A stretch of 64,000 nucleotides of DNA from Gemmatimonadota bacterium (lineage in GTDB: Bacteria; JAAXHH01): contig JAPPBT010000005.1 in the NCBI GenBank assembly GCA_026702745.1, positions 15,387-79,386 on the forward strand, written 5' to 3'. Below are positions 46,287-56,200 of the stretch, piece by piece. Positions within the stretch are counted from its first letter, which is position 1, and each line of letters starts with the position of its first letter. The notes under the pieces are model-generated. The model did not search any database. It was not told the DNA's origin and saw nothing but the letters and a program-made list of their open reading frames with translations. Position numbers and translations under genes: made by a program.

Positions 46287-47417
46287 TTATGTAAACTTGC
46301 GGGTGCTGGCGATGCCCAGGATGCGCGCGGCGGTACCGCCCATGATCGCGGCCAGGTCCGCCTCGCTCAAGAAATCCGCGTACTTCTCGATCCAGTCCCG
46401 GGACTGGCGGTAGGTGCAGAACCGGTTCTGGAAGGGCATGTCCGTGCCCCACAGTAACCGGTCCGCTCCAATGCGGCCCGCCATCTCCTCCAGCGCCGGC
46501 CAGGCCTCGCGGTAGGGATAATCGAATAGGTCGCCGATGCGCACGGGGAAGCAGACTTCCAGGCTGAGGTTGGGGTTATCGAACGGTCTCCACAGGCCAT
46601 CCGGCAACACGAGACGGTCTCCTTCGATAAACATGCGCCAGGGGAAACCGTGGGTGATGCTGCAGACCGTATCCGGGTAGCGGTCCATCCAGTCCATGAG
46701 CACGCCGAGCTCGCCTAAGTATCCCTGCGTGAGGTCGGCATGGTAGCCGAGGACGGGGCCGGCGCCCAGGGTGAAAAAAACAGGGACGTTCATCGCGGCC
46801 ACGGCGTCCCAGAACGGACGGTAGGCGCCGCCGCTCCACGGCTGCTCGCTTCCGCGGTAGGCCAGCGAGGCATTGAACTTGACGGCGTGCAGCCCGTGTT
46901 CCCGCACGGCCCGTTCGATCTCTTCGATTACCCGGTCCGGTTCCGCGGCGATGCGCCATTCGTCCACGGGCGCCATGGAATACAGGCGGCCGGGAAAGGC
47001 GGCGACGCATTCGGCCTGGAACGCGCTGTCGCGGCCCAGCATGGGATTGGTATGGAGCAGGGCGGCGTCCACGCCCGCGTAGTCCAACTCGGCGATCAGG
47101 TCGCAGGGCGTGTATTCGAGATTGCGCAGGTGGGGCGGGTAGAACTGCTTGGTGTAGTCTTCTCCGTCGATCGTCCACACCACGCGGCCGTGAGTTCGAT
47201 CGACGCGGAAATCCACGTCGGGGAGCGTGGACCAGTCTCCGGGGGCCTCAGGCGCGATCGCCTCAGACGAGGCGGGCGCCCGGTCCCGGACCCGCCAGGC
47301 CGGCTGGTGATGGACCGCGTGCTCGGCCTGCATCCATCTCAGGTGGTCCCGGGCGTCGGCGTACCCGGCCTTCGCGTCACCCGGCGGAAAGCAGTACGCG
47401 TGGGAATCGATGATCAT
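46287..47417 (-). CDS. Amidohydrolase family protein
   Basis: IIDSHAY, ITHGFP, RLLWGTDMP. Confidence 0.85.
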   Translation of the reverse strand: MIIDSHAYCFPPGDAKAGYADARDHLRWMQAEHAVHHQPAWRVRDRAPASSEAIAPEAPGDWSTLPDVDFRVDRTHGRVVWTIDGEDYTKQFYPPHLRNLEYTPCDLIAELDYAGVDAALLHTNPMLGRDSAFQAECVAAFPGRLYSMAPVDEWRIAAEPDRVIEEIERAVREHGLHAVKFNASLAYRGSEQPWSGGAYRPFWDAVAAMNVPVFFTLGAGPVLGYHADLTQGYLGELGVLMDWMDRYPDTVCSITHGFPWRMFIEGDRLVLPDGLWRPFDNPNLSLEVCFPVRIGDLFDYPYREAWPALEEMAGRIGADRLLWGTDMPFQNRFCTYRQSRDWIEKYADFLSEADLAAIMGGTAARILGIASTRKFT

Positions 47418-47435
47418 GGATCGGGAAACGGTTCC

Positions 47436-48617
47436 CTAGCTTTCGAAGGTCCGTATAGTGCGAGTTACCTGCCCGTTGCTCTCCCAGTAAGTCTTCTTGC
47501 CGGCCAGGTACGGGTCGTCCGGCGCCGGCTGCATCGTACCGGCCGTCGTTATGCCCCGCGACGTGATCGTATGCTCGCCGGGGGACGGGCGGTCCCAGTC
47601 CAGCCGCCAGAACTTCCAGGCGTACTCGGCGTCCTCGCCCTCGATGATCTCCGCCGTCTGCCACGGACCGTCGTCGATGCACACCTGCACCTCCCTGAGC
47701 GGTTCGCCCCAGACCGCGCCGTAGATCCGGTGCAGGGGACCGACCCGGGTGACCCGCGCCGTGACGGAGTTGATGCGGCCCTTGCCCACGGACTCCTGGC
47801 GCCACACGGTCTCTCCGTTGTGGGTCTCCTCGCGGATCGTGACGTAATCCCGCGAAATGAACCGCCCCATGTACCGCGTGGTGCGTACTTCGATGCGCTT
47901 CAGCCACTTCACCTGGGTAATCCCGTACCAACCGGGTACGATGAGGCGCAGGGGATAGCCGTGCTTCGGCGGCAGCGTCTGGCCGTTCACCTCGTAACAC
48001 AGCAGGATGTCCGGGTCCATGGCCTGCGCCATGGTGAGGGAACGGGCGAAGTTCTGCTTCATGGTCAGCGGTTCGCTCCGGCGGGGGGTGATGACCTCCT
48101 CCCCCTCGTCGTGCCCGAAGAAAACCACCTCCATGCCGTTGTCCCACATGCCCGCCCGCTCCAGGATCGGCGCCAGCGGCGTGCCGGTCCACCGGGCGTT
48201 GAACACGCCGCCGCGGAAGACGGGAACGCCCCGATTGCCCGAGCACTCGAGGGTGAAGTCCAGGTCTTTGCGCGGCATGGATTTGATCTCGTCCAGGCTC
48301 AGGTTGAGCCTCTGTCTCACCGCACCCGTGATTTCGAGACTGTAGGTATCTCCGTCGACAGTCGGCTCGGGATAGTGGCTGGCCGAAAAAAACTGGTCCA
48401 CGGGCGTAATCCATGACTCCAGGCCGTTCCAGTCCAGCAGCACGAAATCGGGGCTTCGCGGCGGCCCGAATTCGTCGATCCAGTTTACGGGGGTTTCGTC
48501 CCTTGCCAGCTGGTCCAACTGGGCCAGCACGTGGGACGGCAACAGCGTCATGCCGGCGGTCGCGATCCCTCCCTTGATCAGCACGTCTCTGCGGGACAGG
48601 TTAGATTTCCCGGCCAT
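47436..48617 (-). CDS. Sulfite oxidase family molybdopterin oxidoreductase with a Tat signal
   Basis: SRRDVL twin-arginine motif; LECSGNR (Mo-ligand Cys), HGYPLRLIVPGWYG, VKWL. Confidence 0.9.
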   Translation of the reverse strand: MAGKSNLSRRDVLIKGGIATAGMTLLPSHVLAQLDQLARDETPVNWIDEFGPPRSPDFVLLDWNGLESWITPVDQFFSASHYPEPTVDGDTYSLEITGAVRQRLNLSLDEIKSMPRKDLDFTLECSGNRGVPVFRGGVFNARWTGTPLAPILERAGMWDNGMEVVFFGHDEGEEVITPRRSEPLTMKQNFARSLTMAQAMDPDILLCYEVNGQTLPPKHGYPLRLIVPGWYGITQVKWLKRIEVRTTRYMGRFISRDYVTIREETHNGETVWRQESVGKGRINSVTARVTRVGPLHRIYGAVWGEPLREVQVCIDDGPWQTAEIIEGEDAEYAWKFWRLDWDRPSPGEHTITSRGITTAGTMQPAPDDPYLAGKKTYWESNGQVTRTIRTFES

Positions 48618-48851
48618 ATGCGTATCCTCCCGGCTCGCTCGGCTCGCTCGGTTCAGTTACTTAGATTCGGTCTCTTCCGATAAACTGATATGGGGGTTGT
48701 TGTGATCGGTTCTATGATACATTGGGTGGGCGGAACAGATCAAGGGCTATGTTCAGATCAAGGGCAATGTTGACAGGCCCTTCCTTACCCGGTAAAATCG
48801 ATTGTTCATCTCACACACCCGGCACTTTGACCCTCCAGGAGCTTTTGATCT

Positions 48852-50006
48852 ATGAACCGACTGCTCGCCGAAGATTACCTCGTTTTGGCTACTTCGCCCG
48901 ATCCGGAGAACGTGTACGCCGGTTCGCCCTCGATCGCCCGGATGGACTCCGGACGCCTGCTGGCCAGTTACGAGTGGTTTCGTCCGTCGCCGCTCAAGGA
49001 AGCCGTGCCGGACCAGACCGAGGTGCTGATCAGCGACGACGACGGCGCCACGTGGAGCCTGGCGGCCCGCCAGGATTTCATCTGGGCGACCATCTGGACC
49101 CACGAAGACGACGCCTACCTCATCGGCAACCGGCGGAAGAGCCGGGATATTGTCATCGGCCGATCCCGCGACGGTGGCGCCAACTGGGAGGGACCCGTCA
49201 CCCTATTCGAGGGCAGGCACCACTGCGCGCCCACGCCGGTATTGATCCACAACGGCTTCGCCTACCGTGCCTTCGAGACCTGCGACGCACCCAGCCGCTT
49301 CGACTGGAAGTCCCTGGTGGTCGCGGGCAACCTTTCACGCGATCTGCTGAATCAGGCGGCCTGGCGGATGTCGAATCACGTCCGGTTCCCGGGCATCCCT
49401 GACGTGCTTTCGCAACGCAGGTACCCGGAGAGCGCGACCCACAAAGTTCCGGCCGACAGTTTCCTGGAAGGCAACATCGTACGGGTGGACGGCGAGATCC
49501 GGATGATCATGCGCACGATCGTAGACGGCCACACGACGTCGAGCCTGGCTTCCATCGGCCGGGTCGAGGACGATGGCCAGACCCTGGACTACCGGTTCGT
49601 CCAGTTCCACCCCATGCCGGGCGCCCAGTGCAAGTTCCAGATCGTCCACGACGAGGAAGGCGGCCTGTACTGGACCACCGTGACCTTGTCCACCAACCCG
49701 TGGCAGGACCGGGAGCCCCTCCGACGCATGGGCTTCAGCGGTCCGCCGGGCAACGAGCGGCGCATCCTCATGCTCATGTACAGCGTGGACGCGCTGAACT
49801 GGTTCCAGGCCGGCTGCGTGGCCATGAGCAGGAGCATGATGGAGTCCTTCAGCTACGCCTCGCAGGTCATCTCCGGAGACGATCTCCTGGTCGTCGCCCG
49901 CACCGCCCGGGGCGGCAAGAACCAGCACGACACCAACCTGATCACCCTCCACCGGGTAAAGGACTTCCGCGATCTGGCCCTGGATCTGCGGCCGGTTGAT
50001 TTGTAA
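48852..50006 (+). CDS. BNR/Asp-box beta-propeller (sialidase-like) protein
   Basis: Asp-boxes SDDDGATW and SRDGGANW; YSVDALNW; FSYAS. Confidence 0.7.
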   Translation: MNRLLAEDYLVLATSPDPENVYAGSPSIARMDSGRLLASYEWFRPSPLKEAVPDQTEVLISDDDGATWSLAARQDFIWATIWTHEDDAYLIGNRRKSRDIVIGRSRDGGANWEGPVTLFEGRHHCAPTPVLIHNGFAYRAFETCDAPSRFDWKSLVVAGNLSRDLLNQAAWRMSNHVRFPGIPDVLSQRRYPESATHKVPADSFLEGNIVRVDGEIRMIMRTIVDGHTTSSLASIGRVEDDGQTLDYRFVQFHPMPGAQCKFQIVHDEEGGLYWTTVTLSTNPWQDREPLRRMGFSGPPGNERRILMLMYSVDALNWFQAGCVAMSRSMMESFSYASQVISGDDLLVVARTARGGKNQHDTNLITLHRVKDFRDLALDLRPVDL

Positions 50007-50065
50007 TGTTGATAACGTAAATTACTGTTAAATAGGTTTGCTACTACTGGCATGTAATTCCACTA

Positions 50066-50704
50066 TTGTGTAATGAAAAATACACTGGAGGTGTTCCAAT
50101 CAACCAGATTCGAAACGAAGTTGTACGTGATGCATTCAACACTGACCGTGATCTTCCTTATCAACTTCGTCTGATGGATTTCGAGTCAGCAATGCAGGAC
50201 GTTTACGATTTCTTTCACGATGTCAATTCCCACCTAGTAGCACGTGGACTGGAACGTCTTGACGATATGTTGCGACCAGCCATCATGTCCGGAGTCCTGT
50301 CTGACATGCTAACGGCAAGTCTTGCCAAACACTCACGCGTACTTACGGAGAACAACTATTTCAATGGGCATCCAGACCTGGTAGTTCAGGGAGTTTATCC
50401 TGGAAACTCGGTAAAGGCTGGAGATCAGGGGGTGGAGATAAAAACCACAAGGAAAAAAGGTGGCGCAGTCGATACACACGGGGCAAGAAATCAGTGGATG
50501 TGTGTATTTGTCTACAAGGTGGACAACAAAACTGAACCAGCTTCAGCAAGACGGCCAATGGTTTTCAAGGAGGTCTACTTATCTCATGTGACCTTGGAAG
50601 ACTTTCGACGGAATCCTCGTAGTGAACTAGGTACACGAACTGCAACGCTCGATCGATATGGCGTGGCGAGATTCCGCGAGAACTGGGTATACAAAGACTT
50701 GTAA
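50066..50704 (+). CDS. Putative type II restriction endonuclease, PD-(D/E)xK fold (start uncertain)
   Basis: NGHPDL...GVEIKTT catalytic-type motif; AT-rich; convergent with a DNA methyltransferase gene. Confidence 0.65.
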   Translation: MCNEKYTGGVPINQIRNEVVRDAFNTDRDLPYQLRLMDFESAMQDVYDFFHDVNSHLVARGLERLDDMLRPAIMSGVLSDMLTASLAKHSRVLTENNYFNGHPDLVVQGVYPGNSVKAGDQGVEIKTTRKKGGAVDTHGARNQWMCVFVYKVDNKTEPASARRPMVFKEVYLSHVTLEDFRRNPRSELGTRTATLDRYGVARFRENWVYKDL

Positions 50705-50728
50705 ATCCTTGTTATTTTGCGTGCACAA

Positions 50729-51859
50729 TCATAGTTCAGAAAGCGATTGGACTGCTTTTTTTGCCATATTGAAATACAGCGAGTCCTTCTCAATTCCAAC
50801 TGACTCATATCCCACTGCTTCCGCTGCAGCTAGCGTAGAACCGGCTCCTGCGAAAGTGTCAACTACTATACCCTGCCCAAGAGGAAGCACGCCTCTTACC
50901 AACATACGCATGAATGTTTGTGGCTTTAAGCTTGGATGTGGCGCGATAGCCCTTTCATTCTTCCTAGTCGGAGAAGATCGGATCACATCTCCAAAGGGTT
51001 TAAAGCTGTCCGGTCGACGAAAACCTCCAGTTCGCCATTTACGCAGATTATCCTGAACCCTTCCTTCGATAGGCCTACGAAATAGCAACCAGGGCTCCCA
51101 CATGGATCTTGGGAGTACACTGACCCCTTCGAATTCATCGTGCGCCGCCTTAGGCCGGTCGCCACCTCGCATTGTCATCACCAACCGTACAATTTCACCC
51201 CTCCTTTCAAGACCCGCGTCCGCAATGGCGCCTGAAACGATATGGGAAAGAAGAGGATTAGAAGCAACAACAACATTAGCGCCCGGTACCAGCTTGGGTA
51301 ACAGTAGCCGGGTCCAAATAAAGAAAAACTCGCGGAGATACAGCTTCTGTCCATCAGTTAGAGTAGTAAATCGGGGTAGTGGCGACCGGACGTTTCCGTC
51401 AAATGAAGGAGGTATTCTCCAGACTCCTCCCTTCCTGCTTCTGAGCTTCGACTGTTCTTTCCTCGAGTATTCCTGCAGACCGTAGGGTGGATCTGTGACT
51501 ATAGCATGTATTGAGCTATCTTCCCGAGCATCCAGCCAGTCTAAACAGTCACCGTGAATTAACGTGGCATTTCCAATTCTGTAAGGTGTCTCCAACTCAG
51601 TATTGCTAAGTATCGTTTGTTGCAAACTGCTGTCATAATCGTCTTTGAGTCGGTAAATTCCTCTTCTTTCCCTTACAAACATTGATGGAGTATTAAGGCG
51701 CAGATAGGATCTTATAGAAGACTCTGGCATGTGTCCTTCGACCTTCGCGACTCTTTCAGCAACTTGCTTCGCCGACAAAGCATCCGACGAAAGCCTCATT
51801 ACTCGTATTATGGCGTCCCTTACTTGCCCTGGAGCATATCGTTTATGATCATTTGCCAT
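50729..51859 (-). CDS. Beta-class N4-C/N6-A DNA methyltransferase with an N-terminal winged-helix extension
   Basis: Motif IV TDPPYG precedes HPSLKP and motif I VDTFAGAGST; the N-terminal ~70 aa (LSAKQVAERV...SSIRSYL...RERRGIYRL) are wHTH-like. Confidence 0.9.
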   Translation of the reverse strand: MANDHKRYAPGQVRDAIIRVMRLSSDALSAKQVAERVAKVEGHMPESSIRSYLRLNTPSMFVRERRGIYRLKDDYDSSLQQTILSNTELETPYRIGNATLIHGDCLDWLDAREDSSIHAIVTDPPYGLQEYSRKEQSKLRSRKGGVWRIPPSFDGNVRSPLPRFTTLTDGQKLYLREFFFIWTRLLLPKLVPGANVVVASNPLLSHIVSGAIADAGLERRGEIVRLVMTMRGGDRPKAAHDEFEGVSVLPRSMWEPWLLFRRPIEGRVQDNLRKWRTGGFRRPDSFKPFGDVIRSSPTRKNERAIAPHPSLKPQTFMRMLVRGVLPLGQGIVVDTFAGAGSTLAAAEAVGYESVGIEKDSLYFNMAKKAVQSLSEL

Positions 51860-51865
51860 AGTAGA

Positions 51866-51894
51866 ATTATAGACGTCGGGACGTCGAAAGTCAA
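51866..51894 (-). promoter_or_regulatory. MTase promoter TTGACT-17-TATAAT with two GACGTC palindromes in the spacer; predicted leaderless mRNA
   Basis: -35 at 51889-51894, -10 at 51866-51871, GACGTC at 51872-51877 and 51880-51885; the ATG is 6 nt after the -10. Confidence 0.75.
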
Positions 51895-51984
51895 CGGTTT
51901 AACCGCAAGAAGACTTAACTTTTTGACTGGAGAAATGACATACGGACAGATTAGGGATTTCCTCGAATGAGGCGATAAACTGAC

Positions 51985-52038
51985 TTGACATTTGCAGGAC
52001 GATGCCTTATATATGACCATAGACATGACTATAGTCAT
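51985..52038 (+). promoter_or_regulatory. TA promoter (TTGACA-17-TATATA) followed by tandem palindromic operators
   Basis: Perfect palindrome ATGACTATAGTCAT at 52025-52038 and imperfect ATGACCATAGACAT at 52013-52026. Confidence 0.75.
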
Positions 52039-52059
52039 TTTATACCAAACGAGGACCGC

Positions 52060-52290
52060 ATGCCGACGATTTCGAAAAGCAAGCTCAAAGCCAACATGCT
52101 CCAAGTTTTCAGGGAGATCGAGGAATCGGGCGAAGAACTGATCGTGACACACAACCGGCGTCCCGTGCTGCGCATTCGGCCCATTGGAACAAAGCAACCG
52201 GTTGACCGGGTATTCGAGAAGCTGCGTGGGAAAGTCGTCTACCGCGAGGACATCAACACGCCCACCACCGACGAATGGGATGAAGCGTAA
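52060..52290 (+). CDS. Phd/YefM family antitoxin
   Basis: ISKSKLKANMLQVFREIEESGEELIVTHNRRPV; ATG at 52060 after GAGG. Confidence 0.88.
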   Translation: MPTISKSKLKANMLQVFREIEESGEELIVTHNRRPVLRIRPIGTKQPVDRVFEKLRGKVVYREDINTPTTDEWDEA

Positions 52291-52670
52291 TGGTCGTACT
52301 GGATACGTCCTCACTGATATTCTGGACGCTCGACCCCGGCCGCCTGTCCGAGACCGCCGAAGAGACCATCGCACAGGCCGACCGCGTAGGCGTCAGTTCG
52401 ATATCGATCTGGGAGATCGGCATCAAAGTAGAACGGGGCAGGCTTGTACTGCCGCTTTCCGGCGCGGAATACCTGGAAAACCTGGAGCAAACCAGTCGGG
52501 TGGAAATATTGCCCGTGGATCTGAGTACCTGGATCAGGAACCTGCAACTGGATTGGAATCACCAGGATCCTGTCGACCGGACGATCGTCGCCACGGCTTC
52601 TCTACACAACTGCCCGCTTGTGACTTCGGACAACGTGCTCCGCAGTTTCTACGAGAAGGCTGTCTGGTAA
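52290..52670 (+). CDS. vapC: Type II TA toxin, PIN-domain VapC family
   Basis: VVLDTSSLIFW, SISIWEI, HQDPVDRTIVATA, LVTSD. Confidence 0.92.
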   Translation: MVVLDTSSLIFWTLDPGRLSETAEETIAQADRVGVSSISIWEIGIKVERGRLVLPLSGAEYLENLEQTSRVEILPVDLSTWIRNLQLDWNHQDPVDRTIVATASLHNCPLVTSDNVLRSFYEKAVW

Positions 52671-52700
52671 GGACCGCCCACCTGGCACCGCAGACACTCC

Positions 52701-53225
52701 TCACACCGGTGCCGGCGCCACGTGTTCCAGCCCGAACTCTTCCCGCAGGCGGTCCATTTCCACTTTCAGTACATCAGGATCGGACGTGTCGGCGGACATG
52801 CGCTCCAGCAGCTGATCGGACGCCTTGAAGAAGCGGTCAAGCCCCGCGGGCGTGCAGATCAGCATAACGTGCGCCGGATCGTCCCCTGTGTTCCAGAACG
52901 AATGGGGTTTCCATCCCGGCACCGTAACCATCTGGCCGGCCTCGAGCACGAAGGCGCTTTCGTTAAGGAATTGGAAGGTAAGCATGCCTTTGACAACCAG
53001 GAACATCTCGATGAAGGCGTGCCGGGTGAATACGGGCGGCGGGCTGTGGGGCGGTTCGACGGCCTCGATGACCGTGACGCGATCCTCCGTGGCGGAACCC
53101 GGGGTCATGACCCGTACGTTCTGGCCCATGAGCGTCCTGAGCCAGGGGCCTCCGAGGTCTCCGGGGCCTCCAAGGCCGCCAGGACCTCCAGGACCTCCAG
53201 GGCCTCCGTTGCTGTCGCCTTTCAT
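52701..53225 (-). CDS. Cupin domain protein
   Basis: FTRHAFIEMF...VPGWKPHSFWN; N-terminal GGP repeats; start reassigned to 53225. Confidence 0.8.
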   Translation of the reverse strand: MKGDSNGGPGGPGGPGGLGGPGDLGGPWLRTLMGQNVRVMTPGSATEDRVTVIEAVEPPHSPPPVFTRHAFIEMFLVVKGMLTFQFLNESAFVLEAGQMVTVPGWKPHSFWNTGDDPAHVMLICTPAGLDRFFKASDQLLERMSADTSDPDVLKVEMDRLREEFGLEHVAPAPV

Positions 53226-53260
53226 GGTTTCGCTCCAACAGTCTGACAACAGGCCCGCGC

Positions 53261-56200
53261 TCAAATCGCTCGCTCTCCCGCGTCTCTGGCGGGTTCCGCG
53301 ACCACTTCACCCGTCACTGCCGCGATCATCTCCCGGCCTTCGTCCGCGTAGACCTTCTTGACCTCCTGGTCCACGGTGCGCCATACCAGGAATTGCTTGC
53401 GCAGCACATTCAGGAAACGCCGGTTGAGCCGCTGCCATGAATCCACGTCGCCGCTCAGGCGGTAGATGTGCACCCACACCGCGTACAGGTCGTGTTCTTC
53501 CTCGGCGGGGGCCGCGTGGAGGGACACGCGTTGGCTGACCCCCGCGTCGTAGGGTGCCAGCCAGGTCTTCATGCTGATTTCGTAAGTGGACGCTTCCGGA
53601 ACAACATCGGACGCCCGCCCCTCGCCCGGAACGGCCGTGGCCGCCCCCCCGACTGCCGAAGCGAGTCCATTCTTCCCGGTCAGGACCACCTCGTCCGTCA
53701 AGAAATTCCCCAGCGTGCTTTCGCCGTGGGATTCGAAGAATCGCGTCAGGTAGGCGTAGAGGCCAAGCGTCTCCGTGCGGCTGATGGTGAAGGGGAACTC
53801 GAAACGCCAGTCGTCGCCCTCGGGCTCGGGGAAGGACCACTGCCGGTTGACGTCCGGCACGGCCATCTGGGAGGCCTTTCGTGCAGGATAGATCGTCGAC
53901 AGCATGACCACCGCCATGACCATGAACGTGGAGGCCACGGCGGAAAGGGACGAGTAGTTCAGGTTCAGCCCCGCGAGCAACTGGTACTCCGTGATCCCCC
54001 GGGCCAGGGTCTGGCCGATCAGGTAGCCGGACATGCCGCCGATGACGGCATACATAGCCGCCTCCGCCATGAATAGCGCGCCGATGTGGGCCGGTGCCAG
54101 GCCCACGGCGCTGTAAACCCCGATCTCGCTGAAGCGTTCGTAGACGGCGTTCATCATGGTGTTCAGGATGATGAGGGCGGCCACGACCATGGGAATGAAC
54201 AGATCGCCGAGTCCGGACAGCGAACTCAACGCCATGGCGCTGTATACCGCGACCTCTCCGTCCACGGACGCCACCACGGGGATCCCGAGACGCTGCATAA
54301 AGCGTTCGATCCGGTTGGCGGCCGCTTCGTCCGTGGGAAACCGGACCGCGACGGAGCGGAGGGTCCCGCCGAGATCATTCACATAGGCCTGCGGGGTCAG
54401 CAGGATGTTCGCGGCCGGCAGGTGCTCGAACGCAGCCATATCCACGGGCTCTTCGTCGTAGTCCATCAGGGCGAGTTCGGTCAGCAGATCCTGGCCCGTC
54501 GCCGTGTAGTCCACGGGTGTGAGCGGCTCGCCGTCCAGGTCGGTAATCCTCTCGAGATCGGCCGCGTCGAACACGCCGATCACCTCGAAGGGCTGTCCGA
54601 ACACGAGGACTTCGGATCCCACGATTTCATCCCCGGTCAAACCGAGCAGCTCCGCCATTTCGGCCGGGACGATGCATACTTCGCGCTCCCCGGGCTCGAA
54701 CCACCGGCCCGATTTCAGCGTGCGGTCCAGGCCGCTCACCTCCCCTTCTTCCGGCAGCAGGCCGAGGATGGCCGAGGCATAGGTGGAATGGTTCGTACCG
54801 TCCGGTCCCTCCCGGTCCATCCTGATGAAGGTCGTCTCGCCGGGGAACGTGCCGGAGTACCACGACCGGGATACGATGGTGATGCCCCGGTCTTCGGCCT
54901 CCGACGAACCGAATTCGGAATCCACGTACTGAAAGGTCTGTTTCTGGAGCGGTCCCCAGTTGGGGTTGCGGACGAGGAAGCCCGTGTAGGTGGGCTCCGT
55001 GTCCCGGCTCAGCGTCTGCAACCTGAGGAAGGTCTGCACGGAGGTGAAGGAAAGCACGGTGAACACCAGGAGCACCAGGGTGACGCAAGTCAGCAGGGTC
55101 CGGGCCTTGCGCTTCCGCATGTTGCCGATGCCCAGGGAGAAGGCCGTGGCCAGGGCGCTCGAGCGCCGCACGTCGGTGGACTGCACGGTACGGTTGTCCT
55201 GCCGGACCTCCCGCATGGTCTGGCTGAATCGTTGGGAAATGATCCAGATGACGACTGCGGCGAGAACGAAGGTCATGAAGGCGAGGAGCACGATGTCGGG
55301 CGCTGTGGTGATCTGGAAGGCCGGGTGGGTGAACCGCAGCAAACCGTATGCAGCCAGGAAGATGGCGACGGTAGTGGCGATCCGCTTGTACACGTTGGCG
55401 AATCCGAAGACCAACCGCTCCAGGGCGTATGCGAACGGGATAACGAGCACCATGTAGAACAGTACGCCCTTCACGACGTCGTTGGCCGTCCCGGTCGCGT
55501 CCGGATAGGCGCGGGACTCGTATCCCCACGCGGCCCGGGCGTGCTTGATGAACCGGTCCCACTGCAGGGCCTGCCGGGCCGCTTCGGCCAGGTCCAGCAG
55601 GCGGCCCGCCTCCCGGTGGAAGTCGTCCAGCCGGGTGTTGCTCACGCCGACGGACTTGAGCGCGCCGATCCGCGCTTCGTCCAGGTGCCACATGTCTTTC
55701 GCCACCTGGTAGGAGGTCAGGGGGATGGCGTCGATCCCCGCCTTGAACCCGATTCCCTCCGGGTTGTTCTCGTCCGCGTTGGTCAGGATGAGGCGGCGGC
55801 CGAACAGGCCGGTGGACATGGTGACCTTGAACCGGCTTTCCGGCGGCATGAAGAGGACGGCCGTGTCCTCCTCGTACGAAAAACCCGTGGTCCACCCGCC
55901 CTCCTGGAAGGTCATGCCCCATTCGAGGGGCGGATTGCCCGACTCGTCGAGCACCACGGCCTCGTTCAGCCGGGTCAGGAAGCGCGGATCCACCAGGTCG
56001 TAGATGTTGGTCGCCTCGGACCGGAAGACCACCGTGGGTTTTTCCTTGTCCACCCAGTCCATCTTGATCTCGAGGGGGTAGGCGCCTTCCCCGTAGGGAC
56101 CGCGGTCCGGCGCGTAGATGATTTCCCCCGTTTCGGGGTCCATCACGTAACCTTCCGTGGGGTAGGTGCGCCCTGCCTCCAGTTCGGTACTTTCGGCTAC

